A stretch of DNA of 64,000 nt from Ignavibacteriota bacterium. Its GTDB lineage: Bacteria; Bacteroidota; Ignavibacteria; UBA10030. Of this stretch, positions 7,625 through 18,752 are shown in pieces; position 1 is the first letter of the stretch, and each line of letters begins with the position of its first letter. Under the pieces are notes generated by a model, which saw nothing but the letters and a program-made list of their open reading frames with translations, made no database searches and was not told the origin of the DNA. The position numbers were made by a program, and so were the translations under genes. The stretch covers positions 160,001 to 224,000 of the forward strand of contig CAVSHO010000009.1 of NCBI GenBank assembly GCA_963727825.1. Direction: 5' to 3'.

Positions 7625-8587
7625 ATGGACGTTTACTTTTACGAAGCGTTTGAAGAAGAAGCCGATGCACTTAAATCTCTTCTCGGCAATCAATTATCCT
7701 ACGATTTAACTAATAAAACGATTCAGGAAGCCGGGCATATCACTCCGCCGGCACGTTTGATCAGTATCCGAACACAATCTATCGTTCCGGTAGATTGGGC
7801 AAACAGACTCGATGGCATTTTGAGCAGAAGCACAGGTTACGATCATCTAAAGAAATATTTAGAAAAAGTTCACACACAAATTCCATGCGGCTATCTGGAG
7901 GAATATGCCACACGCGCTGTTGCCGAACATGCCATTCTATTGATGATGGCTTTAATACGACGGCTACCACAGCAGATGATGCAATTCCAGCATTTCGATC
8001 GCGATTGCTTAACGGGCGGGGAATGTGCTGACAGGAATCTACTAGTTGTAGGCGTGGGTAGGATCGGAAGTGAAATTGTGAGGATCGGTTCAGCACTCGG
8101 TATGAATGTCCAAGGTGTCGACATAGTGCAGCGTCACAAAGAATTACGGTATGTCAACAAAGAAGAAGGAGTCGCTTGGGCTGATATTATCATCTGCGCG
8201 ATGAATTTGACAAATGAAAATCACGGCTACTTTTCCTACAATCTTTTGAAGAAAGCAAAGCGAGGTATTCTCTTCATCAACATTGCACGCGGTGAACACG
8301 CTCCACTTTCCGATCTATTGAAGTTAGTGCAGGAACACCATCTCTATGGACTTGGGCTTGATGTCTTTGAAGATGAACCGAATGTTGCCGTAGCTCTTCG
8401 AAGTGGACACACAAATACTTCTGCCGAAGTTCAAACATTAGCGGCGTTACTTCAGCATCCGAATGTTCTCTTTACACCGCACAATGCATTTAATACAATC
8501 GAAGCAGTCCGACGAAAATCTCAATTTAGTGTTGATGAGGTTATTTACTTTCTAAAGAATAAGAATTTTCGGACTCGTGTGCGATAG
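7625..8587 (+). CDS. D-isomer-specific 2-hydroxyacid dehydrogenase
   Basis: AVAEHA, GVGRIG, INIARG, GLDVFEDEP and TPHNAF motifs. Confidence 0.9.
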   Translation: MDVYFYEAFEEEADALKSLLGNQLSYDLTNKTIQEAGHITPPARLISIRTQSIVPVDWANRLDGILSRSTGYDHLKKYLEKVHTQIPCGYLEEYATRAVAEHAILLMMALIRRLPQQMMQFQHFDRDCLTGGECADRNLLVVGVGRIGSEIVRIGSALGMNVQGVDIVQRHKELRYVNKEEGVAWADIIICAMNLTNENHGYFSYNLLKKAKRGILFINIARGEHAPLSDLLKLVQEHHLYGLGLDVFEDEPNVAVALRSGHTNTSAEVQTLAALLQHPNVLFTPHNAFNTIEAVRRKSQFSVDEVIYFLKNKNFRTRVR

Positions 8588-8621
8588 AATTCATCTAAGT
8601 GCTCCGTCTCTAAATGCATTA

Positions 8622-8731
8622 CTAGTGCCGTTTCTAAAAAATGATATTGTATTCTCTACGACACAGTGCCGCGGAAATAATGAAATAATCCTCACCGAAA
8701 ACACAATATTACTTAGTTGAAGCGGCACTAG
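8622..8731. mobile_element. Small MITE-like element
   Basis: Terminal inverted repeats CTAGTGCCGTTTC / GAAGCGGCACTAG. Confidence 0.55.
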
Positions 8732-8841
8732 CTTTTATCTCATTTATTTAGTTTTTAAATACCATCACTACCAAATTTGGCTTTAGATTCAAACAATATG
8801 GTTTTCAGCTCACGCACTTTTTATCTATATTGATAGAAAAT

Positions 8842-10786
8842 ATGCTATCACTTGAACATATTACTATTCAATTTGGAGAACGTTCGCTGTTCCAGGATGT
8901 TACAGCGACTGTTGGTCCGCGAGACTGTATTGGGCTGGTTGGTTCGAACGGCAGCGGTAAGTCTACACTTCTGAAAGCTATTGTTGGTCTTCAGCAAACC
9001 GATGCTGGAACTATCAGCAAAGCGCAATATGTAACGGTCGGCTACTTGCCACAAGACGGTGTTACCGCTTTCGGTCGTACCTTATATCAGGAATCAGAGA
9101 CTGCTTTTGAGGATGTCCTCCAAGTCCAGCATGAACTGGATGATGCACACCAACAACTTGCGAATCTTGATCCTTCCAGCGACGACTTTGCTGATACGCT
9201 TGAAGTTTTGGGTGAACTCCAGCATAAATTAGAAGACCTCGATGCCTACCGGATGAAATCCAAGATCGAACGCATTCTTATGGGACTCGGATTTTCTACA
9301 AAGGATTTTGAACGCCTGACGGACGAGTTTAGCGGCGGCTGGCAGATGCGCATTGCCCTTGCGAAATTGCTTTTAAAGGAACCCAATGTCCTCCTCCTCG
9401 ATGAGCCGACAAATCATCTCGATATTGAAACACTTCAATGGTTGGAAGAATATCTTTGTCAGTATAACGGCGCTATCATTCTTGTCTCGCACGACCGTAC
9501 ATTTCTTGATAATCTTACGAACGAAAACATTTGCTCTCAGCCGCGGTAAATTCGAAAGTTATGCCGGCAATTATTCTTTCTATGAAACCGAGCGCGAAGT
9601 ACGCAAAGAACTCCTTTTAAGCCAACTCAAGAATCAACAGCAGCATATCAAACAAACACAAGTATTCATCGAACGATTTCGGTATAAAGCTACTAAAGCA
9701 CGTCAAGTACAAAGCCGGATTAAACAGTTGGAAAAAATTGGGGTAGTAGAAGTGGAAAGCGAAGAAGAGGAAATCCATTTTCATTTTCCACCACCGCAAC
9801 AAAGCGGTCGTGTAGTGATGGAATTAAATAATCTCGGTAAACACTATGGTGCTTTAGAGGTTTTCAATAATCTTGATTACAAAGTTGAACGCGGCGATCG
9901 TATTGCAATCGTTGGAGTCAATGGTGCTGGTAAATCTACATTATCAAGGATCCTTGCCGGTGCAGAATCCTACGACTCAGGCGAGCGCATCATCGGCTAC
10001 AATGTTGTAACATCTTACTTCGCACAGGATCAAGCGGACGAACTCGATCCCACAAAGGACGTTCTGCAAACAGCAGAGGAATCTGCTGGAACAGAAACTC
10101 GCACTCAGCTTCGCACACTTCTTGGTTCATTTCTTTTTCATGGTGACGATGTTTTTAAGAGCGTATCCGTTCTCTCTGGCGGTGAAAAAAGTCGGCTTGC
10201 GTTAGCAAAAATGTTACTACAGCCGGCAAACTTTCTTATAATGGATGAACCGACGAATCATCTTGACATGAAATCAAAACGTGTACTGCAGGAAGCGCTA
10301 TTAAAGTATGAAGGCACTTTCGCCATAGTCTCGCACGACCGTGCTTTTCTCGATCCCATCGTCAACAAAGTTTTAGAAGTGAAACCCGGTTCACTCCGAA
10401 CGTTCCTCGGTAATCTCTCCGATTATATTATAAAGAAAAAAGAGGAACGCGAACAGACAGAACAGCGCATAGAAAAGTCAGCCACACCTCTTTCTAACGA
10501 GGCGCAAGCGACATGGCAAGAACAACAAAAACGACGCAAGAGCATCGCTCGCGATATCCGTATTGTGAAGAAGAAAGTTGAAGAAGCCGAGATTAGAATC
10601 CATCAACTGGAAACACGGAAAAAAGAGATCGAAGCATTACTCGCGAATCCCGAGCACTATAAAAACGGTGAAGAGGCAAAATTGATCGCAGCAGAATATA
10701 AGGAGTTACAAATCCAAATCGAAAAGGCATATACTAATTGGTCTGATTTAACTCATCAACTTGAGCAAGTGGAGAACGCTATTTAA
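8842..10786 (+). CDS. ABC-F family ATPase, frameshifted near 9525
   Basis: Two NBDs (GSNGSGKST/FSGGW/LLDEPTNHLD and GVNGAGKST/LSGGE) plus a C-terminal coiled coil, split across two ORFs. Confidence 0.92.
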
Positions 10787-10906
10787 CACTTTTCTCACGA
10801 ATGACATAGAATAAGTATTGTATGTAGCCGTACATTCAAGTTGATACTTGATAAGGGAATTGCTAAACTGTACAAGGTTTCATTAAATTATAGTCAGAAG
10901 GCGTTT

Positions 10907-12353
10907 ATGCAAACTACGATTTCCTTTATTCTCGATGGCAAAATCGTTACGCTCGACTTCAATTCCGCTTCGCGACTAACACCGACAACAACGGTTCTAA
11001 ATTATCTTCGGAGTCTGCCTAATCACAAAGGCGTAAAGGAAGGCTGTGCCGAAGGTGACTGCGGTGCTTGCACAATTGTACTTGGTGAATTGTCCATTGA
11101 CAATAGAATCCATTATCGAAACATCGATTCATGTCTTGTATTCCTGCCAATGCTGCATGGCAAACAACTTATAACAGTCGAGAACCTGCAAAACAGAAAC
11201 GGGCAATTGCACGCCGTTCAATCTGCAATGGTGGAAACCGGAGGAAGTCAGTGCGGATTCTGCACGCCGGGAATTGTAATGTCAATATTCTCGCTCTATA
11301 AAAATCACAACTTCCCAACACGAGAACAAATTGATGATGCGATTACCGGCAATTTATGCCGATGTACCGGTTACAAACCAATTGTGGAAGCGACGGCACG
11401 CGCATGCGTTTATAACGGAATCGATCATTTCACAGATGATGAACCGGCAATTCTCAAACTTCTCAAATCGATTCCACGCGAATCTATTTATATTAAAACC
11501 AAAGAACAAGAATATTTCCGCCCGAACACTCTAAAGGAAGCTCTTTCATTGAAGAGCAAATATCCCAATGCTTTCATCATCTCTGGTTCGACCGATGTTG
11601 CTTTACGAGTAACAAAGGGGTATGAAATCTTACCGCAACTCATTGATCTCTCTGGCGTCAAAGAATTACAATCTATACAAGAGACTGCCGACACACTCAC
11701 ACTCGGCGCTGGAATAATTCTTAACGATTTGCATGTAGTTGTAAAGGACAATTTCCCAGCACTTCACGATATTTTATCAGTCTTTGGTTCACAACAAATC
11801 AGGAACATCGCTACGCTTGGCGGTAATCTCGGAACAGCATCTCCTATCAGCGATACGTTGCCGGTGTTGATGGCATATAACGCGACTATCATTCTCCAAA
11901 GCATCAACACAAAACGCGAAATTAGTTTGGATGATTTTATACTTGGTTATCGAAAAACCGCCCGTAAACCAGATGAACTGATTACCGCAGTTTGTCTACC
12001 TAAATCGCAAAATGGCGCAATTGTCAAATCATATAAAATCTCCAAACGTAAAGATCTCGACATTTCTACAGTTAGCGCAGGATTTAGATTAGAATTCAAA
12101 GACGACAAAACGGTGAAAGACATCAAACTCATTTATGGTGGTATGGCAGATTGCGCAAAACGCGCGACAAATACAGAACAATTCCTTATTGGCAAACCAT
12201 GGAATCGAAAAATAGTGGAAGAAGCAATGCAGGTTGTCGAAGCGCGACTTCTTGCCAATTTCCGACGCACGAGGATCAGCAGAATTCAGAACAATAGCTG
12301 CAAAAAACTTGCTCCTTAAATTCTGGGTAGATATAGTGAACAATGAGCAGTGA
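10907..12353 (+). CDS. xdhA: Xanthine dehydrogenase small subunit (2Fe-2S + FAD), frameshifted near 12240
   Basis: KEGCAEGDCGACT, QCGFCTPG and GNLCRCTGY; the true C-terminus DFLPISDARGSAEFR...NLL lies in the alternate frame ending at TGA 12351-12353. Confidence 0.92.
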
Positions 12354-12363
12354 TGAGTGATCA

Positions 12364-12720
12364 ATGGCAAAAGAAAGTATAGTTCGAGAAAAGGCATTTG
12401 CATTTGCAATCAGGATTGTAAAGCTGTATAAATTTCTATCAACAGAAAAAAATGAATTTGTTCTTTCGAAACAGATATTACGCAGTGGCACTTCTATCGG
12501 TGCAAATATTGAAGAGGCAGATGGTGCAATTTCTAAAAAAGAATTTTCAAATAAAATATCCATTGCCTATAAAGAGGCAAGAGAAACTTCATATTGGTTA
12601 CGTTTATTGGAAGCCACTGATTTCATTGAAAAACGCCTATTCGAATCATTGGTAACCGACTGCGAAGAATTGTGTAAACTTCTTTTCGCAATTATAAGAA
12701 CCACGAGAATCAAAAATTGA
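12364..12720 (+). CDS. Four-helix-bundle protein (23S rRNA IVS/TIGR02436-like) with heptamer inverted flanks
   Basis: KAFAFAIRIV, KQILRSGTSIGANIEEA and KEARETSYWLRLL motifs. Confidence 0.92.
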   Translation: MAKESIVREKAFAFAIRIVKLYKFLSTEKNEFVLSKQILRSGTSIGANIEEADGAISKKEFSNKISIAYKEARETSYWLRLLEATDFIEKRLFESLVTDCEELCKLLFAIIRTTRIKN

Positions 12721-12746
12721 TCACTAATCATTCATCACTGATCACT

Positions 12747-15047
12747 ATGAACATTCCTCACGAATCTGCATCAAAGCACGTATCCGGCGAAGCGGTTTAT
12801 ATTGATGACATACCTGTAAGTGACCAGTTATTGGTTGGTCGTGTTGTCTATAGTCCTCACGCGCATGCCAAGATTAAGTCGTTTGATTTAAGTGAAGCGA
12901 AGAAATCAGAGGGCATTCATGCTGTGCTTTGTTACAAGGATATTCCCGGACACAATCAGATGGGACCGGTTGTGGATGACGAACTTTGCCTCGCCATTGA
13001 CGAAGTGACATTCGTCGGTCAGGCAATGTTCCTTATCGCCGCCGAGACCGAAGCGCAGGCGCGCGCTGCAGAGAAACTAATAAAAGTTGAATATGAATTG
13101 CTTGAACCAATTCTTACAATCGAGCAAGCAATCGAGAAAAATAGTTTGCTCGGTCCACCGCGGGCTATGCAACGCGGCGATGCAAACAGCGCACTCGTTT
13201 CCGCATCGCATGTATTAAAAGGAGAAATTCATACTGGTGCGCAGGAACATTGGTATCTTGAAACACAGATCAGCTTGTGTATTCCAGGTGAACACGACGA
13301 AATGAATGTCTTCAGCGGAACTCAGAATCCGACAGAAACGCAAATTCTCGTTGCAGAAGTGCTTGGCATTCCATTTAACGAAGTTGCAGTAGAAATACGA
13401 CGAATGGGCGGCGCTTTCGGCGGAAAAGAAACACAGGCAAATCACGTTGCCTGCTGGTCTGCGCTTCTTGCGCAAGCAACAAAACGGCCGGTTAAAATTC
13501 GGCTTTTCCGCGATGACGATATGATTATGACCGGCAAGCGCCATCGTTTCCTGACCAAATATGAAGTTGGATTTGATGATAATGGAAAACTGCTCGCGTT
13601 GAAATTAGAATTGAACAGCGACGGCGGCGCCGCAACCGACTTATCGTTCGCTATTATGGAACGCGCCATGCTTCACGCAGATAATGCTTACTTCGTTCCC
13701 AACATGACAGTGCTAGCACGCGTTTGGAAAACTAATCTTCCATCTAATACTGCGTTCCGAGGATTTGGCGGACCACAGGGAATGGCAGCAATTGAGACTA
13801 TCATCGACCGCATTGCACGATATCTAAAAAAAGATGCACTTGATATTCGATATATAAATTTCTATGGCATAGAAACAAACAACATTACACATTATGGCCA
13901 GAAGATCGAGAACAATCGGTTCTTCGTCATCTATGATCAATTGATGAAATCGTCAGAGTATCATAAGCGACGGAACGAAGTGAATGAATTCAACACTACG
14001 CATGAATTCACAAAAAAAGGTCTTGCCTGCACTCCGGTAAAATTTGGCATCTCATTCACGACAACATATCTTAATCAAGCAGGAGCACTCGTCAATGTTT
14101 ATACAGATGGTACGATTCTCGTGAATCATGGCGGCACAGAAATGGGTCAAGGATTACATACAAAGATTCGGCAGATAGCAGCGGCAGAATTTGGCGTCAG
14201 CTTGGACCGCGTTAAAGTGAACGCTACTAATACATCTAATGTCCCTAATACTTCTGCTACGGCGGCGTCTTCCGGCGCGGATTTAAATGGTGCCGCCGTT
14301 AAGAATGCCATCGACATACTCAAGTCTCGTATTGCCGGGGAAATGGCAAAAGTGTTTTCGGAAAAAAATCCAAATAAGCCAACAATACAAAATTCCATTC
14401 TATTCCAAGAAGATAAGGTGTTTGATTCGGCTAATCCCGAAAGGATTATGAAATTTGATGAAGCAATGAACTTGATGAGACTTCGTCAAATAAGCCTTAG
14501 CTCCACCGGTTATTACCGAACACCTGAGATCGGTTGGGACAAAGAGAAAGGTTGGGGCAAACCATTCTATTATTATTCATTTGGAATGTGCGTCTCCGAA
14601 ATTTTATTAGACATTCTTACCGGGCGGCATACACTTTTACGCGTCGACATTTTACACGATGCCGGGGAATCACTCAATCCGCTAATCGACCGTGGACAGA
14701 TTGAAGGCGGTTTCATCCAAGGTGTTGGTTGGTGTACAACTGAAGAAATAAAATGGGACGATAAAGGCAGATTGATGACGCACTCGCCGGACACATATAA
14801 AATTCCGACAGTGCAGGACATCCCAAAGGATTTTCGTGTAGAATTTTTACAAGGTTATCCTAATCCTGTTGCTATTCGACAGAGCAAGACAGTAGCAGAA
14901 CCGCCATTTATGTACGGACTTTCAACGTGGCTCGCTATTAAAGATGCTGTGTCGGCAATTATGGATCATAAAAAAGAACCGGAATTTTCTCTGCCAGCGA
15001 CGAATGAAGTGATCCTGCTATCAATTGATAAGCTCAAAAGAAAATAA
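12747..15047 (+). CDS. xdhB: Xanthine dehydrogenase molybdopterin-binding subunit
   Basis: PHESA.KHVSGEA.Y.DD, RRMGGAFGGKETQ, AFRGFGGPQG and GGTEMGQGL motifs. Confidence 0.95.
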   Translation: MNIPHESASKHVSGEAVYIDDIPVSDQLLVGRVVYSPHAHAKIKSFDLSEAKKSEGIHAVLCYKDIPGHNQMGPVVDDELCLAIDEVTFVGQAMFLIAAETEAQARAAEKLIKVEYELLEPILTIEQAIEKNSLLGPPRAMQRGDANSALVSASHVLKGEIHTGAQEHWYLETQISLCIPGEHDEMNVFSGTQNPTETQILVAEVLGIPFNEVAVEIRRMGGAFGGKETQANHVACWSALLAQATKRPVKIRLFRDDDMIMTGKRHRFLTKYEVGFDDNGKLLALKLELNSDGGAATDLSFAIMERAMLHADNAYFVPNMTVLARVWKTNLPSNTAFRGFGGPQGMAAIETIIDRIARYLKKDALDIRYINFYGIETNNITHYGQKIENNRFFVIYDQLMKSSEYHKRRNEVNEFNTTHEFTKKGLACTPVKFGISFTTTYLNQAGALVNVYTDGTILVNHGGTEMGQGLHTKIRQIAAAEFGVSLDRVKVNATNTSNVPNTSATAASSGADLNGAAVKNAIDILKSRIAGEMAKVFSEKNPNKPTIQNSILFQEDKVFDSANPERIMKFDEAMNLMRLRQISLSSTGYYRTPEIGWDKEKGWGKPFYYYSFGMCVSEILLDILTGRHTLLRVDILHDAGESLNPLIDRGQIEGGFIQGVGWCTTEEIKWDDKGRLMTHSPDTYKIPTVQDIPKDFRVEFLQGYPNPVAIRQSKTVAEPPFMYGLSTWLAIKDAVSAIMDHKKEPEFSLPATNEVILLSIDKLKRK

Positions 15048-15080
15048 TCATTGCCAGAAAAGAAAGCGTATACATAACAA

Positions 15081-16217
15081 ATGGATATTTACCAGGAACT
15101 CCTCGATTCACTTGAAACAGAAGAGCAAATTATTATGGCGACTATTGTCTCCACGAAGGGTTCGACACCATCGGCCACGCTTTCAAAAATGATTATCAAG
15201 AATAAAGGCAAAACATCTATTGGAACTATTGGCGGCGGATGTGTGGAGGCAGATGTTTTAGGGCGCGCACAACAGAAACTTCAAACGGGGACGATAGAGA
15301 CATTATGCTTTGAATTACGCGAAGACGAGTATATTCAAGGATTAATCTGCGGTGGCACAATCAATGTTTTGCTGGAGCCAATCGGCAGAGATCTTATTCC
15401 ATTTTTCCGTGAGCTCAAATCTATACGTGATAATGGAAATGATTCTGTTATTGGCACGTCTCTTAACTCTGATGGCCGCGTTATTCGCAAAACAATTCTT
15501 GCAGAAAATCAAAGCACCGGACTTTTCTTAAACAAAGAGCAAGAATCATACTGGCAAATGCTTCTGCAAAAAGCTGCGCCGCCATTGCAAAATACGTTCG
15601 CCGAAATTATTGGATCGTCTTTGAAGCATCAGAGTGTCACTCGCATTCCATTGAATGAAGGCGAGCTCATTTTTGAACCTGTTCCCGGTTTGCCCAATCT
15701 TATTCTTTTCGGAGGCGGTCATGTCTCCAGGGCAATTTGCAAATCAGCGGCTTCATGCGGATTTCAGGTAACCGTCACCGATGATCGAGAAGCATTTTGC
15801 AATCCTGCCCGATTTCCAGAAGCATCTGAAACCGTTGTTTCCGATTTTTCTGAAGTTTTTAACCATATTACCATCAAACCGACAACTTATCTTGTCATAG
15901 TAACACGCGGACATCGATATGATGAAGAAGTTCTCGAAAAAGCTCTGAAAACCCCGGCACACTACATCGGAATGATGGGAAGTCAACGAAAAATCTTAAC
16001 AACATATAAACGGCTTCTACAATACGGTTTTAAGACCGAAGACCTGAAGCGCGTTCAATCTCCGATCGGAATTGAGATAGGAGCGATCACTCCAGAAGAA
16101 ATTGCAATAAGTGTAGTTGCACAGCTTATTCGCATTCGTCGTGGCTATTCAAAACCAGCCATTGATAAATCGGAATTGATGTATTCCTTTTTTCATAAAA
16201 ACGACGTACTATCTTAA
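15081..16217 (+). CDS. xdhC: XdhC/CoxI-family molybdenum cofactor chaperone
   Basis: GTIGGGCVE, LICGG, FGGGHVS, YIGMMGS and TPEEIAIS motifs. Confidence 0.9.
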   Translation: MDIYQELLDSLETEEQIIMATIVSTKGSTPSATLSKMIIKNKGKTSIGTIGGGCVEADVLGRAQQKLQTGTIETLCFELREDEYIQGLICGGTINVLLEPIGRDLIPFFRELKSIRDNGNDSVIGTSLNSDGRVIRKTILAENQSTGLFLNKEQESYWQMLLQKAAPPLQNTFAEIIGSSLKHQSVTRIPLNEGELIFEPVPGLPNLILFGGGHVSRAICKSAASCGFQVTVTDDREAFCNPARFPEASETVVSDFSEVFNHITIKPTTYLVIVTRGHRYDEEVLEKALKTPAHYIGMMGSQRKILTTYKRLLQYGFKTEDLKRVQSPIGIEIGAITPEEIAISVVAQLIRIRRGYSKPAIDKSELMYSFFHKNDVLS

Positions 16218-16261
16218 TAGCATATTAGAATTCAAATCAAAGAAGAGCAGAAAATTAATTC

Positions 16262-16660
16262 ATGGATACAACTGCACAAAAACCAAAAGTATTAATCATT
16301 GATGACGATCCTTCACTTCGACGTCTTGTGCAAGTTGTTTTCGAGCGTAACGGGTTTGATGCATCTCTTGCCAGTGATGGCAGTGAAGGAGTCCATCTGG
16401 CATTGATGAATCCTCCTAATGTCATCATTCTCGATATTATGATGGAAGGACTTCACGGATTTGAAGTTTGTAAGATGCTTCGCGCTAATTCAAGTATGCG
16501 ACATACTGTTATTATTATTACATCGGGGAAATCGTACAAACCGGACATAGATAAGGCAATGGAGCTCGGTGCTGATTCATATGTTGTAAAACCTTTTTCA
16601 CCCAAAGAGCTTCTTAAAATAGCCATCGAACATATGAATGAACGAGCGAGTCAATTATGA
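16262..16660 (+). CDS. Single-domain response regulator
   Basis: VLIIDDD, LDIMM and GADSYVVKPFS receiver motifs. Confidence 0.92.
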   Translation: MDTTAQKPKVLIIDDDPSLRRLVQVVFERNGFDASLASDGSEGVHLALMNPPNVIILDIMMEGLHGFEVCKMLRANSSMRHTVIIITSGKSYKPDIDKAMELGADSYVVKPFSPKELLKIAIEHMNERASQL

Positions 16661-17541
16661 TGAACATTAGATTTTGGGGAACACGAGGATCTATTCCTTC
16701 ACCTGGAAAATCGACAGTTAAATATGGCGGAAACACATCCTGCGTGGAAGTGCGTGCAGGGAAACAAATACTCATTTTTGATGCTGGCACTGGCATTCGA
16801 GATCTTGGCAATCAACTTCTCAATGAATTTAAAACGCAGCCGGTCAAACTACATCTCTTCATTAGCCATACGCATTGGGATCACATACAGGGATTTCCTT
16901 TTTTCATGCCAGCATATAATAAGAACTTTCAGATCATCGTGTACGGCCCACCAGCACGTGATAAAAGTCTCAAAGATCTATTTAAATTTCAGATGGATTC
17001 AGAATATTTTCCAGTACCATTAGGCGATTTGAACGCCCAGATCGTCATCCAGGAAGTCCGCGAGCCATTCCGTATTGACGATTTGCAGATATCATCATTC
17101 TATATGAATCATCCAACAATGACACTCGCCTATAAAATTTCCGATAGGGAAAAAACATTCGTTTACGCTACAGATAACGAGCCCTATCGGTACACGCTTC
17201 ATGCCGCCCGCAAAGATCCGCTTGCTTCAAAGTACGGTGCAGAGCTGGATCAAAAGTTTATCGAATTTATTAGTGGAGCTGATTTCGTCGTGAGTGATGC
17301 GCAGTACACCCTAGAAGAATATCGATCAAAGGTCGGTTGGGGGCACTCCCCTATCGAATCAATTGTGGAGTTTGCGATAAAAGCAAATGTGAAACAGTTG
17401 GCGTTGTACCACCACGACCCATCACACAACGATGTAACAGTTGACGCTATAGTGCAACACGCACAGAAATTACTTTCGACACAAAAATCTTCTGTGCAAT
17501 GTTTCGGTGCTGTTGAAGGGATGGAAATAAAACTGGCATAA
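16657..17541 (+). CDS. MBL-fold metallo-hydrolase
   Basis: FWGTRGSIP, YGGNTSC, SHTHWDHIQG, GWGHS and YHHDP motifs. Confidence 0.92.
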   Translation: MMNIRFWGTRGSIPSPGKSTVKYGGNTSCVEVRAGKQILIFDAGTGIRDLGNQLLNEFKTQPVKLHLFISHTHWDHIQGFPFFMPAYNKNFQIIVYGPPARDKSLKDLFKFQMDSEYFPVPLGDLNAQIVIQEVREPFRIDDLQISSFYMNHPTMTLAYKISDREKTFVYATDNEPYRYTLHAARKDPLASKYGAELDQKFIEFISGADFVVSDAQYTLEEYRSKVGWGHSPIESIVEFAIKANVKQLALYHHDPSHNDVTVDAIVQHAQKLLSTQKSSVQCFGAVEGMEIKLA

Positions 17542-17559
17542 TATGCAGAATCACTTTAT

Positions 17560-18687
17560 TTATTCTTTTAGCCGTCGTCCGACGTAATCAATCATCTGCT
17601 GTTTAAATATCTTTCGGTCAAACTTCTCCGCGTGTCGGCGAATGGCATACGGATCGAACTTCATTTTTGAAAGTGATCTAATAGCAGTATTGAGGGCTTC
17701 AAAGGTTGACTCGTAGAAAAATATACCGGTTGGTGAAACACCATCCGCAACAACCGTTTCCATAGCACCCCCTTCTCCAAATGCTACAACTGGCTTTCCG
17801 CTTGCCATTGCTTCAAGCGGAACGATACCAAAATCTTCAACTCCCGGAAATATTAGTGCTCGGCATCCGGAATAAAGTTTTGCAAGACTCTCGCCGCTCT
17901 GCCAGCCAAGAAATTCGATATTCTTGTTTACTTTTTTCTCCAATTTTTCTCGTTCAGGACCAGAACCTACAACGAGAAGTTTCTCACCACTTTTGTTGAA
18001 CGTTTCGATTGCAAGATCAACCCGTTTATATGGAACTAAGGCGCTGACAATTATATAATAGCCATCATCTTTTTCAGAGACTGTGAATTGATCGGTGCTA
18101 ACCGGTGGATAGATAATATCAGAGGTACGATGATAAATGCGCGAGATGCGTTCAGCAACATTATGGGAGTTTGCAATAAAATAGTGAACGCGGTTACATG
18201 TCCGGACATCCCATCGACGAAGATATGGCGCCATTAAAGCCATTATTGATCTAGTAACAAATCCAGCATTTCTTTTTCCAAAATATTCCTCATACTGATC
18301 CCAGACATATCGCATGGGAGAATGGCAATAGCAAATATGTTTTATGCCATCCTTCGGTATTGCTCCCTTTGCGACAGCGGAGCTTGTTGAAATGACGAGA
18401 TCGTACCCTGATAAATCAAGAGAACCGATTGCGAGCGGCATCAGCGGTAAATAATTTCTATATTTTGTTGCTTTCATAGGTAGGTGTTGAATGAAAGACG
18501 TTTTTATTTTCATATGCTCGATAGTTGGTGACATTGCTCCTTCATTATGAAGCAGAGTGAAAACTGTTGCATCTGGGAATAATTCACATAGAACTTCAAG
18601 AACCTTTTCACCGCCGCGCATGCCGGTCAGCCAATCATGAACAATCGCAATGCGTTGAGAAGGCAAATGTATTGTTGATAGACTCAT
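17560..18687 (-). CDS. Glycosyltransferase family 4
   Basis: HDWLTGMRGGEKV and EDFGIVPLEAMASG motifs. Confidence 0.92.
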   Translation of the reverse strand: MSLSTIHLPSQRIAIVHDWLTGMRGGEKVLEVLCELFPDATVFTLLHNEGAMSPTIEHMKIKTSFIQHLPMKATKYRNYLPLMPLAIGSLDLSGYDLVISTSSAVAKGAIPKDGIKHICYCHSPMRYVWDQYEEYFGKRNAGFVTRSIMALMAPYLRRWDVRTCNRVHYFIANSHNVAERISRIYHRTSDIIYPPVSTDQFTVSEKDDGYYIIVSALVPYKRVDLAIETFNKSGEKLLVVGSGPEREKLEKKVNKNIEFLGWQSGESLAKLYSGCRALIFPGVEDFGIVPLEAMASGKPVVAFGEGGAMETVVADGVSPTGIFFYESTFEALNTAIRSLSKMKFDPYAIRRHAEKFDRKIFKQQMIDYVGRRLKE

Positions 18688-18752
18688 AATTGACTTTTCA
18701 TTTCATCGCTAATTCGACTCAATTGTTCTTTACAAGGTTATTTAATAGAATT

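Noticed and set aside
9386-9549. Programmed frameshift in the ABC-F gene
   Set aside because: I saw no clear slippery heptamer with a stimulatory structure, and similar breaks occur throughout the window.
12364-12720. rRNA intervening sequence or diversity-generating retroelement
   Set aside because: There is no rRNA gene, reverse transcriptase or template/variable repeat pair in the window.
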